Positions 1 to 13,820 of a stretch of 64,000 bases of DNA are shown in pieces (the stretch's first letter is position 1; each line of letters begins with the position of its first letter). The DNA comes from Lama guanicoe. Lineage: Eukaryota. The DNA lies in NCBI GenBank assembly GCA_013239625.1, contig MU053881.1, positions 11,522,873 through 11,586,872 of the forward strand. Direction: 5' to 3'. Under the pieces are notes generated by a model, which was not told where the DNA came from, ran no database searches, and saw only the letters and a list, made by a program, of their open reading frames with translations. The position numbers were made by a program, and so were the translations under genes.

Positions 1-483
1 TTTCTGCTTCAAGTTGATAACTGAGGAATCAAGCTTCAGAGACTCTTCAGACCACTTTTCCTATAGCCACTTCACTTCTGGAATCTGTGTTGCCCCTCCC
101 TTGAGAAACTGTACAACATGGTCACAATGAAATCTTTCAAACATTTTTTAGGAGGCCACAAAGCCTCTGAAGTCCATCTCTGGAAGCCAGATTAAGAATG
201 ATTCAAATAAAATTCAGATGCTCAATGCCTCACCCTTCAAGGAATCAACAATTATTTGTCTTCCATTTTTCATTCTCTATAAAAATTTAGGTATTGTTCA
301 GTAGCATATTGTATAAGATTTACAGGTTAGTATTTCAATGTCTGCTACTATTCCAGATATTTCAGTTATAATCCTGAAATTGTGTTTTTATCTCTTCAGT
401 TTAACTAGTTACAATCTTTGTACTTAATTTTATGTTTGATACGCTAATTTTTTTAGTTTAGTTCTCAGGTTGTTCTCCAAACC

Positions 484-632
484 CTTGCTACTCCAACTGT
501 TGTATACAGATCAACAGCATCAGCAGTATTTTGTTGCAATCTCAGGCTCCCTGCCAGACCTACTGAATCTGAATCTCATTTTAGAAAGATTCCCAAAGGA
601 TATGAGTTCACATTAAATATTAAGAAGCACTG
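484..632 (+). mobile_element. MER5A/MER5A1-like hAT-Charlie MITE remnant
   Basis: tgctactc...cagcatcagca...ccagacctactgaatctgaatctcatttt...cacattaaatattaagaagcactg follows the recalled MER5A1 consensus; degenerate terminal inverted repeats. Confidence 0.8.
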
Positions 633-3600
633 GATTAAGAGATATTTCAGAATGATAAATCATCAGAATTTTGAAGTAAATATTCTTTGGGGGATTTGCT
701 TTATTACTATAATATTTTTCCTTTCCATTTCTTAATTCTAATTACATCCATTTAGTCATATTTTCATTTTTCTTTTTTTTTGGAGCACATTGTTAATAAA
801 TATCTGCTCTCTTGTTGTACCTACTATCGATACATTTTAATCAAAATTAAAAATCAACATTATTGATGATTATAATTGTGCTTACTTTCCTCTGTTGGAA
901 GATTTTTCAGAAAAAGACAATGAATTGCAACTCAAGTATTAAAAACAAAAAAACTAAGTTAGAAAAAATAGCACTTAGTGACTTCTTCCTTTCTGACAAT
1001 TGTTCGATAATATAAAGTAAAATATGTGATGAATATATTAGTTCACTAAAAATTATAAATGCTGGGCTGTGACTACACATGATAGTTAATCCATACAACA
1101 CCAGAAAACTATTTCTAGTTTTCTAACAATACTAGGGAAAAGCATTTGGATTCATTGTTTTCTACATCTATAACTTCAATAATCAATGCCTCAGGTTCCT
1201 ACCACAGAATTAACACTAGTTTAGAAGAATTTTCTACATGTTTAGTGCATTTAGTGTCTATATATTTTATTTCTAAAATTAGCATTATAGTCTAGGGAAA
1301 AGAATCTTTATCTACAAGAGTAGATATTAGAGAACACACTGACTGTTAAAATATTTTTAAAATAAAAAATAAAATTGAACAGTAGGGCTCAATACTACTA
1401 CAACTATATATACTACTGTATCAATACTACTAAGAACTACACATACTTTTTAACTTGTAGTTAATGAGAAGTTTATGTGGCAATCCATATCTTTTCAAAT
1501 TATATGTTCATGTTTTATAAGCAATAAAGTCAAAATGTCTTTAGTTTATGTTACACTGTATGATTGAAGAAAGAAAAAAGTATATTAGAAAAGACAAAAG
1601 AAATCACAAAAATACCCTAATGAAATGTTTTATAATAGTAAAACAAAACTGCTTTATAATATGCCCACTTGGAGACAGAATGTTATGTTATAGAAGTTTT
1701 TAAGGTAATTAAGCAAATTAAGTGTTTTCTGCTTGGTTTCCCAACCTACAGTAAACTCAGGTCAATCTGGCAATGAGAAGGAAAAAATATATACATATAT
1801 ATATAGTATAATGACTAATATGTATGTATTAGATCTATATAACACCCAGGATGAATTTGAAAATAATCAATGGCATTTCAGAAATATTGCAATTCTTTTT
1901 AATTTTAGTGAAGATTCTCCTCTACCTTAGCAATGAGTGGTTGTAATCTGATTAATCACTGAAAATTTTTACAAAAGGCAAGACCACCTCAAAGTTTAGC
2001 TGATATGAAGATTCTGTAGTTAATAGCAATATCCTCACAGGTAAACAGAATTTAAAGAACATTTCTGGAATCTGTGCACAGATGTTGGAATTGTTTTATC
2101 TTCATTTATTTGAGTTTTTTTCCTTTGAAAAACTGCCTGAGAATAATTGAGAAATAAGAAATTGTTCCATCAAAAAATAATAACAGACCAAGACAAGATA
2201 CTATCTAGACTTCCATGTTAACCTGACAATCCACAGCTTTGACCCTTCTTTGTGAATAAGTGTAGGGGACTTTCCATCATTTTCAAGGAGCAAGTAAATA
2301 TCCTAATGACAGCAATCTAATCACAGCTTTTTAATTAATTCATTTCACTCAATTACAATTTATTGAACACACACTATGTGCATCGGAAGTAAGAATTATT
2401 CAGAAGCACAATTTCCAACTCAACCCATCTATTTCTCCCTTTCCAAGGGTCCTGATAGAATTCTGAGAACTGGGGAGATGCCAAGTCTAAGGGACTCTCA
2501 GTAACTCTGAACTAGGAGGAACTGTGGAATGGGATTAAGAGGAACAAGAAGAAGCTGAGACAAACAGATAGAAGTGACAGGACTTAAGAAACTGATATTT
2601 CCTAGGCAAATCCTGTCTGTTATTAACACACTATTAACAAGAGTCCTTTGTCTAAGAAAAACCAGTCATACACACCAAGTTCTCAAGGATAACCTACTTT
2701 TCCAATGGAAATTAGAACTTAGGTGATCACAGCTCTGGTTTCCATAATTATCCACCCATTTATTTAATCAATTAATAGAAGCCACCCCGTGTCTTTCTCC
2801 CAAAGAGCTATTGAATACCATATTGTGAACAGCATATTGAATAGCATATCGTGAACTCCTGCAGCTCAAAGAGTGTAAGAGGAGGTAATTGTGCCCATTA
2901 GCCCTTCTTTGGTAAGTTTAGGTAGATAGGTCAGGAATGCTATTCCTACTGACTTCTTATAGTATTCTACTCCAATAACAATATGATTTCATTCAAAATT
3001 AGCAGCAATTTAATGTTTAAACTGCAGCAATAATAACATGGTTTCACTCACCGAGTCTTATTGAGCTCACCTGGAAAAATACAAGACTCTCACACCAATG
3101 TTTTTCTCAAAAATCCTGCCCTGTCTTGGAAGTCAGAGAAACTAAAGTTTCACACACAAGTTTTCCAGTTGCCCTGGCAACCATCCCCTCCAACTTCATT
3201 TTCCCACACATTGACCTTGGTGTTCTTACTCTCCAGTGGAGATCTCTTCTCCCTTTCTGTGTTATTTCCTACCAGGTTAACTGACGCTGGTGTTATGTAA
3301 ATTTTTACATGGGACTTCTATTAACCTAGATTTCTTTTTAATTCATTTTTGCTTCCCTAGGCCTATATATTTTATTTTAAATGTGTACTATGTCTTGGGA
3401 TTACTGGTACCTCTTTCAATGACCACAGTCCTCCAAACTGAGTATCATTCTCTAATGTGAACTGTAAAGAAAGCAAATATAATTGTCCTTCCTTACAAGT
3501 CTCAGTATCTATGCTGGTATTTTTGAGACATAAGATTCACATGATAAAACGGAGATTAGCAAGTCCTGCTTCCATGCTGGGGGTTTACAAGAACTGGGGT

Positions 3601-6404
3601 AGACTACAGAAACCTGGAATGGGCAATTCTGAGAAGAGCTGAAGACTGTTTATCTAGGAGGCTGCTGTGAATGGCATAAATGAATAGTTCTAAGTGAAAA
3701 TACTATTGAGGAGGTGGTTTCTAAAGGTCTCATTTCCAAATAATCTATATTTTAAAACTTCAATACATTTTTATTGGTTTATTAGATTAGGAAGTCAATG
3801 CACATGACCCTTCCAAGCTAGGTTAGATTTAGGAAGTTTAAAAAATGATATATAAATGGCTTTTATGCTAGTGTTATGTGTATTTTCACATTATCTGTGT
3901 TAACTGTTGTCCACATATTTTTGCTGTTTCTGTGTATCCTAGATTGAGAAATAGTTTTGAACTTGTCATGGATTTGTAGCAACTGTGGCCATCTGGTAAA
4001 GATTTCAGAGAAGCACTAAACATATTTTTGAAATGTGCTACCTTCTTACACAGTGTTGTGTTTTTAACAATTTAATAATTAGAATTGTTTAGTTGGCACA
4101 TGGTTTTTCTGTTCATATTGGTAGCAATGTCCTGAACCTCTTACCACTAAAAATGTTAAATAAAAGTTTCTAACTTATGTGCCACTGACCCTTTATTTAA
4201 ATGTGATCTGGATTTAATTATTATAAACATGATTTAACAAACCATATGCTCGCTCATCTGCTCTTTATTGTATTAATATGTCTCCTAAAGGAATTTGAAA
4301 TGAATGTATAGTAAACACTTGTGTCCCAATAACTAGCAGCTAACAGGTATTTTAGACTTATTTTTGACATAAAAGCCATAGCATAAAAGTAAGTAATAAA
4401 GTAAAAAAGTAAAAACAATAAAGTATATAAATTATAACATCTTAGAGTATCATTTATGATAAAAAACTAAAATCATAACATAGTAAAGAGCAGTCTGGTT
4501 ATTTTCTAATGCTGGAGAGATCAGAAAACTAAAGCAGTAAGAACATCTAGTCAAAGTCAGTATGTGGTAACCTCCATGCTGCTCTCTAGAGAAAGTTTTT
4601 AACTTGATGGTAATTCACCAACTTATAAAACCACAAAATAAAAGACAAAGACTTTAACTTGATTCTTTCCAACTTAGACTTTCAAAAAAATGATATAAAG
4701 ATGACTTTCTTGAATGACTCTAGATGAAATGCCCTGCTCTGGAGAATAATTGGTTCTTAACTTATTGTCATATCACTTATGGACCAGGTGGATAGCATAC
4801 ATGCTCATATTTAGGTTTTTCATATTCTTCTACTTATTCTTTTGTATTCTGGTCTTTTTGTTTCCATGAAAACCCACTAGACCTTCTTTCTGTCATTCTT
4901 CCCTGAACTGAAATCCTTGCCTCTCAAATAATATTTGAGGTACACGTAGGAATCAGACAATGGGTCTCATCCAAAGAAAATAGTAAAAACGTAACAAGCA
5001 AAAGTCTACTTGACCATCAGAAAATTTTCTTACGGATGAGGGCTGCAGACTCTGAGTCAGAACTCTGCATAAATCGAAATGATTTTCTTTAATGAAGATT
5101 TTATTCAGAAGGTATAACACAAATTATAACATTTCTTCACTTTTTAAATCTGCATTTCTTTTCATTCTTCAGTCCTGGGTCATTAACTTTAACATGATAT
5201 CAGGTGGCCAACATAAAAGAATAACAGATTCTCAATTTTCCAACATCCTAACATACTGCCTGCTACAATGGATTACATTACCTGGGATGTACTATATCAT
5301 CTTAAGGCTTGCGATAACCTAATGATATGAAACAGACAGGGACAAAAATATGAAGCTTTATATGCTTATTAGCCCATGCCTGAACATTTTTGTTTGTTTT
5401 CAAAAGTAGATGAGTGAAAATTTTAAATAGATCTCATACTAAATAGCTAAGTAATTTCATTGTTCTCAGAATAAGTTTTTCTTGTACCATCATTTTCTTT
5501 GATGTGCATATTCATAGAATTCAGCACACATATGAAGAACAATTTCAAGCTATTTCCTACTGGAAAGCCAGCTGAGAACAGTATACCAAGAAGTCCCCAA
5601 TACCAGGTGGCAAGTTCCTTGGATATTTGTTGGGACTTATGATGTTTAAATTGAGTCAAATTGAGTCCCCATCTTTTCTATGCAGGTCAAGGGCTATCCT
5701 CAAAGTACTAAAATACACAGAAAGGAATTCACAGCAGAGCAGTATATATACTGAAGGGTTTTTAAGGAATAAGAAAGATCTCAGAATCAATCTCAGCATG
5801 CCCTTTGAACCCATGAAACTATCACAGGCTATTCTATTTTACCTTGTTTTTGTTTTGGTTCTGGTTCATGGAAGGTGTGTCTTGCTTCACTATGTTCTGT
5901 GTGAGACATTCCTACTCCATAGTCACTATAGCAATGTGGGTTCCTCAATGTAGAGGCTTCAAACGTTCCTCCATGTTCATGCTAGCCTTGACATAGCCCT
6001 GAGGCAAGCTTCATGAGTACGTCATGAGTAATAACCCCTGGTAAGAGCTCACGTTCTTTATCGTATTGAGATATTCTAGATCATCCTCCTTTCTTACCCA
6101 GTAAAAGTCTTATGGTATGATTTATCTATTTTGAGTTAAAAGTGAGGGCATTATAGAGAAGTTCCTGTCTTTTGCATGAAAGATAAACTTAGATTTTATA
6201 TATATATATAAAATCTTAGATATAATCTTAGATAGATATATAGTATATAAAGATTTGGTTGTATAGTGTTTTCTCAAAATAAGTACCTGGCTAAAGGTCA
6301 CAAAAGAAGGCACCATCTTTTTTAATATTTCAAAGAAAAAACAATGATATTTGTAAAGTCTAATAAGTGTGGGTTATATATTATTAATTGCATGGAATGG
6401 TAAT

Positions 6405-6520
6405 GGTCCCATCCCCATTTTGAGAAATGGATAAATTTAGACAAAGAGAGAATGAATTTTTCAGTCAAAGTCATAGAACTACTAAATGGGAGAACTAAGC
6501 TCAAATTCAGGTCTGATCCT
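6405..6520 (-). mobile_element. MIR SINE fragment
   Basis: ccccattttgagaaatgg...aaagtcatagaactactaaatgg...ctcaaattcaggtctg is the reverse complement of the MIR core. Confidence 0.65.
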
Positions 6521-7669
6521 AGTGTCTCTGGAATTTCTAGTACTCCAGGTGATCACAGTTCAAAAAGTAGATGGGGGTTAAAAATTATTCTAATTAAATT
6601 CATGAGCATTTCCCTATCCCCTATGAACACAATGTCCATTAAGACCTTTGAAATATGGGAAGTGTTCAAATGAATTTAAAGAATTTTGTTTGAAGTTGAA
6701 AAAAAAAAAGCCTGAATAAATTATTCAGAATCAGCTACTTAGCCATAATTGCTTGATTTGAAAATCATATTATGAGGTAGCTTACAAATTATTATATGGA
6801 CAAGGTTTGCTTGTATTCATAATGTATAAATAAGGAAGAATGCCAATATGGAGAATTAATACAGTAGCTTCAAGAGGAAAGTTTTACGGTATTTGGGATA
6901 TTTTGTGGGATGTATATTCCAATCAACTGGATTTTAAAGGTACATACTGTCATCAACAAGCCATAATTGCCTTTACATAATTTACTGAAATCTCAAATTA
7001 TGTATTGTGTGCTTTATACTTTGATGTAAAGGGAAAAGGTGGCAAACTTTAAAAGTACAGCATTTGAGAGGCCTCTGCTAATGAAACCTCAAGTGATTTA
7101 GAACAATCTGCACAATGAGGACAATGAGAAGAGCTGGGTGCCCCCAAGACACCATGGCCAGGACAAGGACGGGGAGGGTCTAACGAGTATGCCTGGTATT
7201 TAAGGATTGCTTTTCTCCTGCGGGCATTGACCATCCATCTGTTTAGGGGCTGCTGAGAGGTTGAACAACGTTTTTGAAAGCATCTGGGTTTAAGAATAGA
7301 ATATCTGTCAGTAAAGGTTCCCAGATGATCCTTCTTTATGTTAAGTTTGTATCTCAAATGGCTATACCTTAGTAGTAAGGGAAAGAGAGGGAATAGGTAC
7401 TGATGAGGATTTCAACTCACCTCTGAATCACCTTAATAATTAAGACAATCTCTAAAATGTGACCGAAGTGATCTGGTTCCAGACACTGCCAAGGGCAAAT
7501 GAAAATAATGAATGAATAAGGTAAGGTAAGATAACTTTCTCAAGAAAATTGAGAGGTCTCAATATTTCTTTAAAAGTTCTGTAAGTACAAGATAAATAAT
7601 ATCCATGCACACAAGGGAACAAGAGACAATCATAACAAAACAAAACCAAAAAAACTGAAAACCCCACAA

Positions 7670-8496
7670 AACTAGCACATACAGCAGACAATTATACAGG
7701 TAAACAGAAATTCCAGATATTGGAATCCTCAAATCTTGACTTTAAACTAACTCTCTTCATGTACTATTTTCAAGGATATAAAAGACAAGATTGATAATTT
7801 TGGCAGACAGTGTTCAAAAATGGGATTACTGAACTAGAAATTTAGATGACAAGATCATGAGCAGACTGAATGCAGCTGAGGAGAAAATTAATGAACTGAA
7901 AGAAAATATATGTTAAAAAAGAAAAAGAAAAATGGAGTGATTGAAGAACAGAAAATGCAAAAAGAATAAGAATATAGAAGATACAAGGGAAAGGTTTGGA
8001 TTTATGGATGGAGAAGAGAAAAACAATGAGATAAAAGTAATATTTGAAGAGATAATGACTAAGAATTTTCTAAAACCAATTAAACACATCAAACCAAGTA
8101 TTCACAAAGTTTTATAAATGCAGGAAGAAAGAACAAATAAATAGAAATCCACACCTAGTCACCTCTTAGCACAACATCTGAAGAGAATAAGAGATAAAAA
8201 TTTTAAAACAGCCAGAAGGGAGAAAAATAAATATTATGATCAAAGGAGCAACAGAATGGCAGTTATCTTTCCAACATGAAAAACGAAATCCAGAGGACTT
8301 GTCTTGATTATCTCTAGTCTGCTAAAGGCAAATAACTTCCAAATTAAAAAAGTATATACTTGGTGTAATATCCTTCAAGTATGTATTGACTGGGAGGTGA
8401 CATGAGGGATGCTTTTGGTCACTGATAATATTCATTTTTGACATGGGTAGTAGTTACATGGGTGTTCACTTTGTGATGATGTGATAACTTGTACCA
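7670..8496 (+). mobile_element. Ancient L1/HAL1-like element: decayed ORF1 followed by an L1ME-like 3' UTR
   Basis: L1 ORF1-type motifs (gcagctgaggagaaaattaatgaactgaa; atatttgaagagataatgactaagaattttc; aaatccacacctagtcac), then 3'-end motif attgactgggaggtgacatgaggg...agttacatgggtgttcactttgtga; A-rich plus strand. Confidence 0.7.
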
Positions 8497-8545
8497 TATA
8501 GGCTGGTCCCGTAGGTGGGTCTTATCTAGTCCTGATGCACTTAAA

Positions 8546-9172
8546 TGTAACCGATACACCAATGACTTTCAGAACCCAGTGATCTAAAATATAGTATATT
8601 AATAGAAAATTCGGGGCCAACAGATGAGGAGACAATTGGCCATTGAAAGAGATTTTATTACTCACAGTTTCCAAGAGGAAAGAGGGGACATGCCCTACCA
8701 CAGCATAGTGGAGGGGGGCACACAGAGAAGCACCAAAGTCAGTCACGAGGCAGGGGGAGAGGGACAAACTGTGGGCAAGAACCTTTATTGTGATTTGTGT
8801 GGAAAGGGATGGGCGAGGCAGAGTTATCAGGATTGGAGTTGGCTAGTTTGAATAATTTCAGCAAGCTCAGAGGCATAGGGGCTGTCCCTGTTGTGTAGTC
8901 CTGGGTCCTGCAGTGATTAGCGCAGGAGGACGGGGGCTTGATTGTGAGAGTCCAGTAAGTTAGGTGGTTGGGGGTGTGGACTCTAGATTCGTTGGTTTGT
9001 ATTTGAAAAGTGTAGCTCTGGAAAGAGGACTTCTGGCAGGAAGGGGATGAGGAGGGCAGGAGGCCAAAGCAAGATGACCCAAACACACTATCTAGTTGTC
9101 CCAAATAAGGCATGTTCACCATATGCATACAGAACAGATATTGAAGCATCAAGTTTACAGAAGCCAGTAACA
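8546..9172 (-). mobile_element. Probable solo LTR, ERVL-type (MER74/MER54/MER89-like)
   Basis: GC-richer ~630 bp block bounded by TGT...ACA; minus-strand AATAAA (tttatt near 8783); motif ttggctagtttgaataatttcagcaagctc recalled from eutherian ERVL LTRs; no clear TSD; subfamily uncertain. Confidence 0.7.
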
Positions 9173-9409
9173 CGGTTGATATACCCAATTAATTAGGCAC
9201 TTAGCACAATCTTATATTTGAGTTATAAATTCTCCATGGTTTGGCTAGAATTCTCAACTCAATCTATTTGATTGAAGCATCAAGGTAATTGACAAAATTT
9301 ATAAACACTGATTATAACATTGATAAATGATGGGAGACTCTAAATTAAGTTTTTGAAGCAGTTTCTCATACTGAACATCGTTTAATTAATCCTCTAGGAG
9401 CTCCAGCAC

Positions 9410-9510
9410 ATTTTCTATCTCCATTTTCATAAAGGAGGGAACTGAAGCTCAGCAAGTTTTTCTGTTGCCCAAATTTATAAGTTAGGCATTGCTGTAGCCA
9501 GATCTGCTAC
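9410..9510 (-). mobile_element. MIR SINE fragment
   Basis: tatctccattttcataaaggagggaactgaagctcag...ttgcccaaa. Confidence 0.6.
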
Positions 9511-9964
9511 TCTAGCAACCTGAAGTCAAATCTTTATTAGCTGTATCATGGAACATCTTGGCTGAAACCTTCTAATTTAAAACGTGAGGCCATTTCTTAC
9601 TTACAAACTTGTATAACTTCAGCCATTCACCACTGATGCTATTAATCACCAAAACCCCACAAGTTTTATACTTTTCCTTTGTTAGTACTTTATATTGGCA
9701 AGTCCCTGTGTAGCACTCAGAAGACTGGAGGAAGTTCAATAGTTAAATAATAGGACTTAACCCAGGGAGAGTTATATCCACATCCTAACGCATTTCAGTG
9801 CAAAGAGTCAGAACTAATATGCAAGCTCCATGAAAACCTGCCTTCCAAAGGACTTGCCGATGTAAGTGATGACTGTCATTTTACATGGCACCTTCTGATG
9901 TTCTTATTTTCACAACACCAGTAAATTAGTATCCCCCAATGCTTTTTGTTATTCCTATTGTTAA

Positions 9965-9989
9965 ACACACACACACACACACACACACA
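9965..9989. repeat. (AC)12 microsatellite
   Basis: Directly visible. Confidence 0.95.
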
Positions 9990-12900
9990 AAACTGAAGGT
10001 TGGTTAAAAGGAAGATGTCATGCTGTTATCCTACTTGTTAAGCTGTTACATAGTTCTTCTGTCCTCTCTCTCTTCCCTCTTTGTGTGTCCATCAGCTGAA
10101 TCTACTTGGGAATTTGGGTTAGAGAGGTTGTGTCAATGTAATTTCGGGATCAAAAGTGCCCATTTACTTATTTGGGTGTTATATCATAAAAAACAGATGT
10201 CCTCCTAACTGAACAACATTAACTACTAGATAAGAAATATCCTGAGTATAGACTAATGTGACTTTTCCTTCATTCATAGCAAACATCCTAAACTCCAAGA
10301 GTTACACAAGTGAGTTCAGATATTCTGATCCAAAAAACACCAGCAGGTTGAACATCTCCACTGGGTTGAGTTTACTGATTGAAATGTCTGGTCTCAATTG
10401 CCAGTCCTTCTGGTGTGCTTTCTCCAGATGACATAAGGAAATGTCTCTTCCTGACAAGAGATGAAACATTTCTGCCAGCTGAGGTGACATTGTGTTCACT
10501 CAATAATGATACAAGGCCCTGAGATCCTTCAGCAAGAAAAATAACAAAAAATCCTCATTAGCTAACTGAGGGAGAATGAAGGTCATCCCACAGAGAGAAT
10601 GTCATGCGTGCACGTCACCTAGAACATTTGCTCTTCATTAATTCTGTAAGCCCAAGCTGGGCTGACATCTAGTAGCATTTTTAAACTCTGTCCTCTGTCA
10701 GAAATGATGGTTAGGGTGTTTGTTTCCTCTGTAATGTACTTAAGAGAACATTTTATGATCATTTGCCTGCACGTCAGGTCAATGATTTCAAATAATGTTT
10801 TAGGACATAATATGATTAGATTTAATATTGGTAATAGTTTGGATTTCTCTGATGAAATAAATAAGGACTGTAGTCATGTATTCTAAAGAGCTTATTACAC
10901 AAATTCATAAAACCCCTATCATTCTTAGTGATGATATTATGCAAAGTACTGGTTTACTTACGGCCCTGTTTTTTAAAAAAGTGCTTATTTACAGGAAGAG
11001 AACTTTAAGTCATTTATTTCATCTAAAAAAGATTCCCTTAGAGTGAAACAAATTTAATTAGTCCATCAGTTATATGGTAGATATATATTTTCTACCTGCT
11101 ACTATTTAAGTTTAGAATTTTCTCATTATTGGATAGAAAAACAACAAAAACATACTTATATTCTAAAGAGTGTTGTGAAAATAACCTTTAAGAAACATAC
11201 ATATTATTTCTTCTGTCAGGATGTTTGGTAATTTATCTTATGATATCTATCCATCAATTCTATAAACTGAGACAACTTTGTCTTTGACAACGGTACAAAA
11301 CCCTTAAGTTTTTAGTAAGAAAGGGCATCTTTTTAATAGAAATAAAAAGATTATTAAATAGATGTTTCTTTTCATGGGCACATACGCTTTTAGCAATTTT
11401 CAAGCAATCTTAATTATTGAGTGTGCTACATAGAATTATCCTGTCAAGTTTTGTGTAATAATACCACCTTGATACGTACTGCGAAAGTCACGGTCTTAAA
11501 AGGAAAATAACTATGGTAACACCACGTATAATAAGAACCACGTGTGACTATTCAGCTAATAATACAAAATTTAAAAGTCATTTGTCTACCTAATTGTATT
11601 AAAAATTTAAGACTGAAGACAAGTAACAATTCTAATGAGATTTTATATCCAAGTATACAATATTAAGGTCAGCATTTTATTACTATCTCATAGAAGCGTT
11701 TAATTCTTTCAGCTTTAATTTCTTTGAGAAACACAGAAGGGTCAACAAATAGATAAGGAGACAACCTTATCAGCTTAAATTAAGGTTAAATTAGGCTAAG
11801 TTTTGGAAATAAAACTCCAAATATGTCTTTAAAAATACATGTGTATATGAATTTGAAATTACATTAATTTGAAATAGTGTAGCATACATTACTGTGAAAC
11901 CAATTTTATGTGCAAAATCCTAAATAATGTAAAGTATGTCAGTTATCATATAATTTCAAATTGCAAAATGTGTTGTTACTAATAATGCTAGGCAGTAAGC
12001 CATTGGCAGGTAAATGGAAATCTCTCAGTTGTCAACATTTATCTGATTTTATGCAAGATGTGAATTATAAAGTACTCCAGGAGCATATTCTTATAAAATG
12101 CCAGTGCCCAGGACTGAAGAGTGGATAATACCTGCCTGAAAGAAAAAAATATATATATGTATGTATATGTATATACATGTATATATATGTGGCTAAATAT
12201 AAATTCTTTCACTGAAGAAAAATTTTTACTCTACTGAAACATTGTTATTTTCAGGAATATTGCTTCAAAAATGGAAAATTGGTATTCTTCCCTATTGATT
12301 CTACTTGTTTTGTAAACAGTGATTTAAGGGAAAAATTAACATTCTGTTTTTAAGCATTTCCCTGATGTGACTCTGCTGCTCTCCCTATTTCTGCTCGTTC
12401 TCCTGCAGAAAGACAAGGCCAAACCCCTAGGCACTGTCTTCTCACTCATATTTCAGGCTGCACGTCTAATGAAAGTCAATGAGAAACGTCTATCTGCTCT
12501 AGTTTTCCATTGAATTCCACTTGCCTGTGATGCTATTTGCAAGTCAATTGCAAAGCCAGACTCATTTCCCTTTTCTGTGTCATTCGTTGGAATATATTGG
12601 CTGATGGAAGACAGAGACAGGATATAACCATATGTATTAAAGCTGTTACTTTGCATTTATACATCTCTCCTTTTATGGTGTGTTATTATTATTTGGGATT
12701 TCACTTAGAAATGATTGGTCTCCTCAATTTACTGTGTAATTGCTTAATTCTATCATTTTATGGAAAAAAAAAGTAAAGTAACAGGAGAAATCAAAATCAA
12801 AACAGAGCTTTATTCTACCATTATTCCCATCCAAACTAATCATAAAGATTTGCAGGGAGGGGCTGTTTTAAGAAATGTTTTAATGCAAATTATACATACT

Positions 12901-13459
12901 TATACATTTATAATGACTACTATCATAACTAATATCATTTAATTCAATGAAACAACATAAACACTGTAATAGAATTTCATTTTATGATTTAACCTATGAC
13001 CTGCATCTCAGAATAGGATATACTTCAGACCAAAGTTTCTGTAGTAGGATATTACTATTTCTCAGATTTCCTTGTTTCCTCCCTCTGAAAATTTAATGTG
13101 TATAGATTATAAAGTGTTGCACCAAATTACATTTTCTAATCACTGTTTTCTCGGTTCTGTATATCTCTCTTCTGTTTTGTCTGTTTTCACCTCTAGTATT
13201 TCTCTTTTCTAAGCAAGCTTGAAGATGTTGCCCTAAACAGCTCTCTGTAAGTATAAAAATAACCCTCTTTTAACCAACCAACAAAATCCAAAATGCCCTC
13301 TCTTCTTCTCCCCAAAAGAATTTGTAGACATATTCTCTCTCTGTTTACCTCTTTCCCTCCCTCCTGCACACTCCAATAATCATGCACCGTTGTCTGCCTT
13401 CCTTAGTAGAACCAATCGCCCCAAGTCCAGGTCAGTTACATCTTTACCTGTCTTTTCCA

Positions 13460-13820
13460 GTGTTTTCCCTTGCCTGGAATGCTCTTTCTTCTGTTGGTGG
13501 GGGTGCAGAGGAGCACAGAATGGGATACGTCTCCATCTTTTAATATTTAGCTCAAGTGGCTTCTACTTGTTACCTTTCCCAGGTATGTCTACCCCAAGCA
13601 CTTGACTATGAAAGTCAAGCAATCATATACTCCCATTTTAATTATAAACTGCCCATTTCATGTCTTTGATAGCACAAATTTATTGTAATTTTTCACTTCT
13701 GTGTATGTCCAACCCAAAGGAACTGTACATTTCCTAATGTCTTACTCAACTTTCTATTCCATAAACCTAATCAAGTGCCTGACATATAGTTATTCTTTAA
13801 TATATACTGAAAAAATGAAT
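13460..13820 (+). mobile_element. L2 LINE 3' fragment
   Basis: tgcctggaatgctctttc...agtgcctgacatatagt...tactgaaaaaatgaat matches the L2 3' end. Confidence 0.6.

Noticed and set aside
2809..2856. 26-bp-period degenerate duplication (similar small ones at 54948-54973, 60160-60189 and 17288-17315)
   Set aside because: Ordinary slippage-type microduplications with no further structure.
8739..9188. 149-aa ORF, the longest in the window
   Set aside because: It lies almost wholly within the probable LTR, where higher GC lowers stop frequency; no recognisable domain.
12030..12150. Minus-strand splice acceptor (ttttttctttcag) and possible exon
   Set aside because: All three frames hit stops within ~100 nt and no peptide is recognisable; a non-coding exon cannot be excluded.
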